Below, one piece after another: positions 53,327 through 64,000 of a DNA stretch of 64,000 bases (its first letter is position 1; each line of letters opens with the position of its first letter). This stretch comes from Psilocybe cubensis (lineage: Eukaryota). The stretch is taken from NCBI GenBank assembly GCA_017499595.2, contig CM039008.1, forward strand, positions 558,001 through 622,000, read 5' to 3'. The position numbers were made by a program, and so were the translations under genes. Below the pieces are notes generated by a model that saw only the letters and a program-made list of their open reading frames with translations, had not been told where the DNA came from and ran no database searches.

Positions 53327-53480
53327 TCCTGACCACCCGTCACTCTGGGACCCTAACCCAGGCCGGCCATGGTTAGTCGTGAACGTTGAACGGTGACCGA
53401 ACCGTCACATATACCCACTCGCCAACAAAAAGCCGGTGAACGCTTTCAAGTTTTAAATCTTCGATGCTGAATACTATCAG

Positions 53481-54867
53481 TATGAAAAAATTGTCCAGCC
53501 GCTTGATGGCCATAGCATCACTGGCGAGTACATCCCTGCTCTTCATGGATTTGGTGGAAACGTTCAGGCAAGTCTCCCGGAACTGAGCTTCCCCATCGAC
53601 GCTCGCGTCCTGGCTACGCTCAACCAGCCGTCTTCGGAGTTCCAGTACAACAACGACACGGTGGGCGGGGACCAAATTGTGCTCGGTGTGGGCTATGTCC
53701 AGAACAGCTCCAGGGAGGGGACGCGCAGCAGCGCCTACACCGGATACTACCTCGCTGCGGCCGCGAGGCAGAACTTCGTCATTCTAACTTCGGCGACCGT
53801 TTTGAAGCTCGTTCAGACTGGAACGACCGCAAATGGGCTCAAGTCGTTTCGGAGCGTACAGTACGCCCATGGGACTTTGACATGTGAGGCATGATAACCC
53901 GTATTCCAACGTAAGGATGGGGCATGCTAATACAGGTGTTTAGTGACAGTGACTGCGACTCGAGAAGTCATTCTTTCCGCAGGGGCTATCAACACGCCGC
54001 AGATCCTCCAGCTCTCTGGAATCGGAAATGCAGTTGACTTGCGAAAACTGAACATAACCGTTTTAATCAACAATCCAGCAGTGGGGAGCAACCTTTATGA
54101 CCACACACTCCTTCCCAACATCTTCGTTGTCCAAGATGCAGTGGCCAACCAGACATTTGACGATTTATTGCGAAACCAGGCCCAGATAGAAGATCAAGTT
54201 AATCTCTGGATCGCTAATAGAACTGGCCTTTTTATCAATAATATTGTAAACCACTTTGGCTTTTCCTGGATTATGTTGGACCCAGGGGAAGAAGACCCTG
54301 CACCGGGTCCCAACTCGCCCCACTACGAGATGATTTTTGCTGTGCGTTGACGGTATATAGTATTTTTTGATGCTCAAGTGGCACTAACACGCATCAACCC
54401 ACAGAATCTTTTTTTCGAAAAGCCTGGGCCCTTTAGACCAGACGAAGGCAGCTATTTTACGGTTGGAACTATGCTAACTAGCCCAGAGTCCAGTGAGTAT
54501 CACTCTGATTCCTGTGAACCATAGTTTTTAATTATTGGCATGTCGCCTTTTCATAGCTGGGACCGTTAAACTTGCCAGTGAAGATCCATTGGCCCCGCCG
54601 ATCATCGACCCCAGATACCTCACTGAGGTGTTTGACATTATAGCAATGCGAGAGTCCGTCAAAGCCGTATTGCGCTTTACAGCGGCGCCTGCATGGAGCG
54701 ACTGGATCGCCGGGCGCTTCGGCGCTGCATTCCAAAATGCCACGGACGACGCGTCGATCGACGCCTACGTTCGCACTCTCACAATATCTGACATGAACCT
54801 CGTCGGCACTGCGTCCATGTCGATGGTCGATGACCCCTCCGGCGTTGTTGGCCCCGACTTGCTGGTA
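53481..54867 (+). pseudogene. Truncated GMC oxidoreductase (aryl-alcohol oxidase-like) fragment
   Basis: GTRSSAYTGY, REVILSAGAINTPQILQLSGIG, VGSNLYDH, PPIIDPRYL. No N-terminal GxGxxG exons found upstream. Similarity stops after GVVGPDLLV. The catalytic His position reads DMNLVGT. Confidence 0.8.
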
Positions 54868-55012
54868 CACTGTGCGCATGCCGTTACGAGAAGGCGCAAT
54901 GAGTGTAATGAAGTTCATAATCTGGAAGAATTCAAGTGGAAACGATGATTGTTCAAAGTAACAAATATTACCACCTCTTCTAAGCTTCAATATTTGATCC
55001 CCTCACTGCCCC

Positions 55013-56238
55013 TCACTTCCCAGCATTAACCCGCTTAACAACATCCGCCAGCTCCAAAAACGTTCCTACCACGTAATCCACGTCCCCTCCATTTTCCTTG
55101 GTCTTGACATCTACATACTCACCAGTGCTCGGATCGATGTCCTCGCCCGGCCGACGGATGTACACTGAGCGCATGCCGACTTTGGCCGCTGCGCGCAGAT
55201 CGTAGATGTGTGCTGCAACGAGCGCACAGTGCTCAGGGGGCAGGGAGAGGTGACGCGCTGCGTCGATGTAAGCTTTGGGATTTCTGGTGATATAGATTAA
55301 GGGCAGAGTATGTTTTAATATCTGGAGTTGAAGGGTGTACTGATGTGTGAGCAAGAAGTACGCACGGTTTGAAGGTGTCGAAGAACTCGGTGGAGAATAT
55401 CATGTCCCACGGCAGACCTGCGAATTTGGCCTGCAAAGGGCAAGGGCAATCAATTATTCAACTTGCAAAAGGTTAATGATTGTAAAGCCGGAAATACATA
55501 AGTACCATGTCGACGAGCAGACGGACATTCCCATTCGATAGTGCAGCAGTGATGGTGTGCTTCCTAAGCTCGTGTAGACCATCAACTGTGTCAGGCCATC
55601 CTGATTAACCCAGAAATCATACACAATATGCCATTGTCTGCCCGGAGGTCAAGTACATTCCACCATAGAACGACATCGCTTACCGCTGAGACGATGCAAA
55701 GAGAAGTTGATTGACTGGCGCGCAGTTTCATCCCACAACCGGCCGACGTGGGCCCATTCCGGCTTGTTCAGCTGCTCGTCTAAAATCTTTATCCAAGTAG
55801 TTAGCGTCATATATGCGGCGGTTGCAGGCGTAAGATCCACGTCCACGTACTTGTTTGTGTAGGATATCAGAATTCAATGAACCCTGCGAGGTGCCTGTAG
55901 CAATTCGTCCTCTAGAAAGGGTAAGTTGGATTTAACGACTGGGAAGATGAATAGGAAAGCCAAAGGCGTGTAGAGTGCATTAAGCACCCGGACCTTGAAA
56001 GACGTACATCTCCTTTAAGCACTCACTCCACCAATCTTGGGCGAATTTTCCCCAGTCTGTTCCTGATATAAATTTTTTTTTGAGAACTAGAATGAATGCG
56101 TAATGAGAGCGTCCTGGATTTACCCTCAAGCTCCGCACCATATCGCGCACCCAGGGCTTGCAATGTAGCAACAACATGTCCGCGCCAGTCGACAACCGTC
56201 CCGAAGACATCAAACAGCAGTGCTTCGATTGGGGCCAT
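55013..56238 (-). CDS. HAD-superfamily hydrolase (haloacid dehalogenase type II-like), copy A
   Basis: LLFDVFGTVVDW (motif I), LSNGN (motif II), FKPNP and LVAAHIYDL. Confidence 0.88.
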
Positions 56239-57141
56239 AGTAGTTAACGGTGAATATTAGGGCTCAAGCTCAATTTCGACTCGCTTAGGACTCGAAAGGT
56301 ATAGCGCTGATCAACGATAGTGCAATGCTCCTTCCTTTTCGTCTGGGGGGGTGTCTTTTATAGTCCATGGTATAGATCACGAGTACCAATGTCGCTACGC
56401 GTGCCCCCGCGCAAGTCGCATTGTCAGTGGCAGATTAGTCACTTAGGTGGTTGCTATCGGAGCGAATCGGATGGGTCCTTCACAGGTATAGGTCAAGCAG
56501 TTCAGGTCTGTTCGCACGACCATTTGGCGCTAAGAAATCATACAGTAGACTCGTCGAGATCAGTTGTATGTGTGGATGCCTAGAAAGAACAGCAGGACAA
56601 ACAAGCGCCCAGGGTAAATTGATGATGATGCGACAAGTGATATGGAGCCTTCTAACTTGTCTGTGCGAAAATGCCTAGGAGACGTTCAACTTCAAAGCCG
56701 AGTTCTGCAGAATTGGAGCTAAGGGCCCGTCGGGTGAGTTTGCACTTTATGTTCCGGTTGCAGGCGAGAATCGGTAGAAAAGGAGGTATAGGGCACAGTA
56801 GGTGCAGTTAGTGTATGTTGCGTGGAGCATATGTGAACGTAAAGGTGAACGTCGACTGGAACTTGGAATATCTCGGTCAATAAACGCCCGATGAATCGCA
56901 ATACATTCGGCGATCAATTTGTATTTCAATTGAACTTCACGACGTAGCATGCCGCAGGCTAGGCTTTGAGTGACTTTGTGCAATGAATGAAGAGTTCTGA
57001 GAAAACAGAGTTCACTCACACTATTTTGAATTAAAAATGCTATAGAGTTTCTTATAATCTGGGAAGAAGGGATAATAATTCTTTATCACGTACACACAAA
57101 TCGGCCCCCACCACTACCACCTCTTACAAGCTTCAATACCC

Positions 57142-58336
57142 TCACTCAGCAGCGTTAACACGCTTAACAACATCCACTAGCTCCAAAAATGACCCTACCA
57201 TGTAGTCCACATCACCGCCATTCTCCTTGCTCTGGACCTCCACATGCTGCCCCGTGCTCTCATCGATGTCCTCGCCCGGCCGGCGGACGTACACTGTGCG
57301 CATACCGACATTAGCCGCACCGCGCACGTCCTGGATGTGCGCTGAGACGAGCGCGCAACACTCCGGATCGAGCGAGAGGTGGCGTGCGGCGTCGAGATAA
57401 GCTTTCGGGTTCCTAGAGGGATGAATCACGAGCAAGGTATGGTTGGATCTGGAAGTGAGCAAAAGTTTAGGGGACAAGGACCAGGATACGCACGGTTTGA
57501 AGGTATCAAAGAACTCGGTGGAAAATATCATGTCCCATGGTAGGCCTGCAAATTTGGACTGTAAAGGAGGTGGTCAATACCAGCTTACAGGTAATTGGCA
57601 TATTTATGTTGTGACTCATACCAAATCGACGAGCATACGAACATTCCCGTTCGACAGAGAAGCGACGATAGTGTGCTTCCTAAGCTCATGCAGACCATCA
57701 GCGGCATCAGGCCATCCTACATTGGCCAGCAATTAATACATAATAACACGACATTTTCAGGTTACAAGTTTAACATTACCGATATCATTACTTACCGTTC
57801 AGTTGGTGCATAGAAAAATTTATCGATTGGCGCACCGTTTCATCCCATAGCCGGCCGACGTGAGCCCACTCAGGAGAGTCTAACACCTCATCTAAAACCT
57901 TTGACAAAGGTGATTGGTTTCGTCGTTGCATAACCGTTGTGGGAGGATCACGTACTAGTCTGTGTAGAACATCGGAATTCAAGGGGCCCTGTGAAGCGCC
58001 TGTGGCAATCCGTCCTCTAAAAAGAATAATTTGACATTAACAACTGAAAGACGCATGTGCGAGCCAACAGGCGTGTAGAGTGCATGAAGCACTCAGACCT
58101 TGACAGACATACATCTCCTTTAAACCCGCACTCCACCAATCCTGTGTGAATTTTCCCCAATCCGTGCCTAAAAAAACTTTGAGACCTAGAAACAAGGCAA
58201 AGAAAAGGTATGTTTGCTTACCCGCAAGCTCCTCCCCATATCTTGCGGCCTGCGCCTCCAGCTTAGCAACGATATGGCCGCGCCAGTCTACGACCGTTCC
58301 GAAAACATCAAACAGCAGTGCTTCGATCGGGGCCAT
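57142..58336 (-). CDS. HAD-superfamily hydrolase (haloacid dehalogenase type II-like), copy B
   Basis: Same exon structure and motifs as copy A (FDVFGT, LSNGN, FKPNP, LVSAHIQD). Confidence 0.88.
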
Positions 58337-58942
58337 AACAATATTTGTTGAAGGTAGACCGTCGAGACTTCAAGCTAAAGCTGACCTAATTGGAACTTTG
58401 AAAGGTATAGTACTGATGAGTAGTAGCTGCGACGGGTTGCGCTCGCCGGTTCTTCTGGGGTGTCTTTTATAGCCCATAATATAGATCACGAGCGCCGATG
58501 TCCCAGCCGCAGGATCCCCGTCCATGTCTCCGGTGAGTCGCGTTGGCAAAATCAGACGTGAGATTTGGGTGGCTTTTATCGGGACAATAGGATGGGCCTT
58601 CACAGGTACATGCCAGGTTTTTTTATTTCCCCCTCTGACGTCCCCGAGGCAACGCTGCCGCCTTCCACTCATCGGGTTGAGTTGCAAACGCGAACGAGTC
58701 TTCTTTGCCTTCACGATAAATAAAGATCTTTTCTAGGAAACTGTGTGATGCAGACGCGTGAGGGTAATTGTATACTGTCAAATTGTCTGTGGTGTGCTAC
58801 TTCCTTGCGCCTGTATTTCTAATCATGAACAAAAGCAACCAACCGCAAAAGGACACAACATGTTCTGGGTAAAATGTCATTTAAGCACCATAATAATAGA
58901 CTTTAAGTATAAATAGATATAAAAAGATAGATCAACAACCAT

Positions 58943-59968
58943 TTAGTACAGTGAAATAGCCCGGGTACTAATAACACCTCTCTTGAGACGATGCCAGTGC
59001 CTTTGCCTGCTTAGAAATATTGACAGCAATATAATGCTGACTGCGAAAATTGATGCTGCAATTCCAAGGTCAACGAATAATCGTTGTTCGTTCTTGGACA
59101 CAGTGCCTCTACGTAGTTATTAAGGAATTCAAACAGTAGACTTTTCTGTAGATGTAGCATACTTACTTGGTCGAAGGCGTGGTCTCGGGACTACTTGCGC
59201 TACGCTGATTCATTGTGGTATATGTCTGGGTAGGCATGGTTGGATACCCACTAAACCTATTAAGAACCGTTGGCAATATATAAAAATTTCTGTAAGGAGA
59301 TGTGTCTCCATAAATAAATTCGTGTACCTCGCGTTGTGGTTGGGCGCCAAAGCCAATCCGATGCTCGACACAGGGATAAGAGAAATTGTTTCAAAAATGG
59401 TTGTCTGAGTCTCTGAAGCATACTATGAGATATTTTGTGTTGGCTGTTAGCATGTATAATACATACGTTTCCTAGCAATATACAAAAACATGCCTTGGTA
59501 AAGCTTTTGGACGACAGGGAACCCGCAACTTCTGCAGACGGTCGTGATATCGATGAATGGCTGGATGACGGCGTTGCTTGTCCGGAAGACTGGATCGGGA
59601 ATTATTCATTTGACTCAATGTATCGTATGCATAAACATGATACCTCGGTGGTACTTTGTAATGAATTTGAAGTAGTGAATGTGATTTGAATCGTTTCTGG
59701 CGGCAGGTTGGTGCTAATGTTTGAAGTATAGGAAAAATTCTGTCCCAGAGACGATGTCATCGAAAGAGCCGTCGGTAAATTGGGCATACTCAGAGGGGAC
59801 GAGGCCAATGATGAAATATTCAAGTTCTCCGCTATGCTAGGGATTGTATCACTTGGAGTCAAGATATTTACGGTTGGTCCAGTTTGAACCATTGAGGTTA
59901 ACTACGGCGACGCTCGGTGAGTTGGTAGAACGTATAATACAGGTTAAAATGATTACTACCTGGTCCAT
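58943..59968 (-). CDS. Ser/Thr-rich TM orphan family copy 3, apparently intact
   Basis: ATG GAC CAG|GT start and in-frame Ser/Thr-rich exons. TM segment LGIAASIFAVSIILLSIFL, then basic tail RQRHWHRLKRG...AISLY*. Confidence 0.6.
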
Positions 59969-61460
59969 TGTAACTCCAGACCTTCTCTTCAGACAGGTAA
60001 GTTGGGGTATGCAGCCGAGGTCAGCACTGCTGTAGTGAAATGTCGGAGCACAGGAAAAGTCGATAATTTGCATCCAGATTGTTACCCTCGTCTATTTAAG
60101 CAGGACCGTTGATATCATGACATAATAAATGCAGTATTACTTGCCTCTGTAGCAGGCCTATGAAGCAGGTCCTTTTCCCTGAAGCTTCAATATATGGAGA
60201 CCCATCATACGTTTCTCTTAGACAGATTTCGATATGATGAAAACAAGAGCAAGTTGCCAGGATATGAGGGTGATAAGAACAGGAATGTTACAGAGACAGA
60301 ACGTCTAATTTTAGTCTCGACGTCGATCCACGTATTCTTAATTTCTTATGCCTCCATAACATGATTACCACTTGTATTACACTGGAAGGCCCATGTTGTC
60401 AATTTGCTTATGGTACCATCCTGCGCGTGTATTCCAGTCCTATTGGCTGCCTTCAGAAAAGGGAAATAACTTAAGATGACAGCCAACATATTAAGAAATC
60501 AATACACTCATCAATAGGAATCCTCCCTCAGAGACGGTCACTAAAGCTTGGCGACGATCGGCCTAGCGTTGCTGTAGCCGGCACCAATCGGCTTAATTTT
60601 GATGGAAGGATTTTACCAACACCAGCAGCAACATACTATGGGTGATCAGTTGTTCGGATTGGACACTGATTCGGATCGCTAACTGTGTTCCGTTCCTCAC
60701 AAAAATTGATACATACATTCTAATGTATACTCTCTGCATGAAAATGAGAAAAATTGACGGAAAATGAATAGGTAATGGGTAGAATGAGTGAATGTCCGAA
60801 CCGACTTCCAATCACCCCCATCATTGCCATCAATCTGAGTTAACAAGCGGCATCGCGTTACTATGAGCGATCGTATTGTCGGCACGATTCGGAGTTGCAA
60901 TTTTTGCTGATGGCCAATGGCAAGCGACCATCAATCCGAAGACAAGGTGCCTCGCACTTTGCTCGTGCTCACTGAAAATTAGATGGCTCGGATTTTTTCC
61001 CTACACATCAAAATTCTTCATTGGAAATTTCACAGCCAATATTTAGCCTGTGAGTCCCTAAATTTGCGAGAAATGGAGCAAATCCTCGAAACTTTGGAAA
61101 TGCCTGCAAAAAAGCTTTTCAGGCCCTATGTAAGCGTCAAGGTTAACATGTGCGAAGTCAGTGATAGATATCAGGTGGAACGAGCGATACTGTATTTAAA
61201 CATTGCTATAATTAAATAAAATGATTTTGTTGTAACTTGAAATGCAAAATGCTAGCAACTAATAATAGGCGCCGATGAGGCGTTCGAGGGCATGAGATCA
61301 AATCATATGACGGTGTTATATATATTAAAGATCGACAAAGGTCAATTGATAAAAATAAAGGTAGTTATTTTGTCAGAAATACTTGCCCGTAAATGCCAAA
61401 TAATTGAGTCCTCGTGCAATTGTTATCCTTCAGGTAGGTCATATCGGTAAAATTGGGCGC

Positions 61461-63759
<2,299 letters not shown>

Positions 63760-64000
63760 CTCCCGGTAGGCAAAAAGAAATTAGAATGATATTAGCTCAC
63801 CTGAGATCTCATTATATATACTCAAGAATCTCACTAAAGGGGCTCACAAAACGCCCATAAGTCCTGGTAGCAGAGAGGATTGAATGGCTACCCGGGACAT
63901 TGATGGAACATCATGGCGGTGTCAGAGGCACATGAACGCCAGCAAAAGGTTGGTATGGTACTACTGAACTCTGGCAGATGCCATAAATTATTTGTGTTGT

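Noticed and set aside
53358-53369. ACCCTAACCC resembling a telomerase RNA template or telomeric seed
   Set aside because: Only about 1.5 repeat units, plausible by chance, and no other telomerase RNA features recognised.
60940-61130. Possible lone transposon end (TAGGGCCTGAAAAG on the minus strand)
   Set aside because: No partner TIR or target duplication found in the window.

Overview
Intron-rich fungal genomic DNA with mostly 45-70 nt introns and an Agaricomycete-type (mushroom) gene repertoire. The left half holds ordinary genes: a GH31 glucosidase, an F-box protein, uridine phosphorylase, an HMG-box transcription factor, 2,4-dienoyl-CoA reductase, a fasciclin, an MFS sugar transporter, a DUF6533-like membrane protein and a GPI-type secreted protein. 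The right half is a dynamic accessory region. The main observation is a 7.3-kb DNA transposon (43547-50870) with a direct target duplication (CATCATTG) and weak terminal inverted repeats. It sits inside the otherwise 57-nt first intron of an apparently intact cytochrome P450. It encodes an apparently intact ~1600-aa DDE transposase with a DEDDy 3'-5' exonuclease nested inside the catalytic domain, an architecture I recall for fungal Dada elements. Here the target is a protein-coding intron rather than a small-RNA gene. Also present: two non-autonomous TIR elements (one 151 bp upstream of the same P450), a three-copy orphan Ser/Thr-rich membrane gene family in birth-and-death, tandem HAD hydrolases, an aryl-alcohol oxidase plus a truncated GMC pseudogene, and a tRNA-like relic. 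All gene models were spliced by eye. Family assignments come from motif recognition, not database searches.
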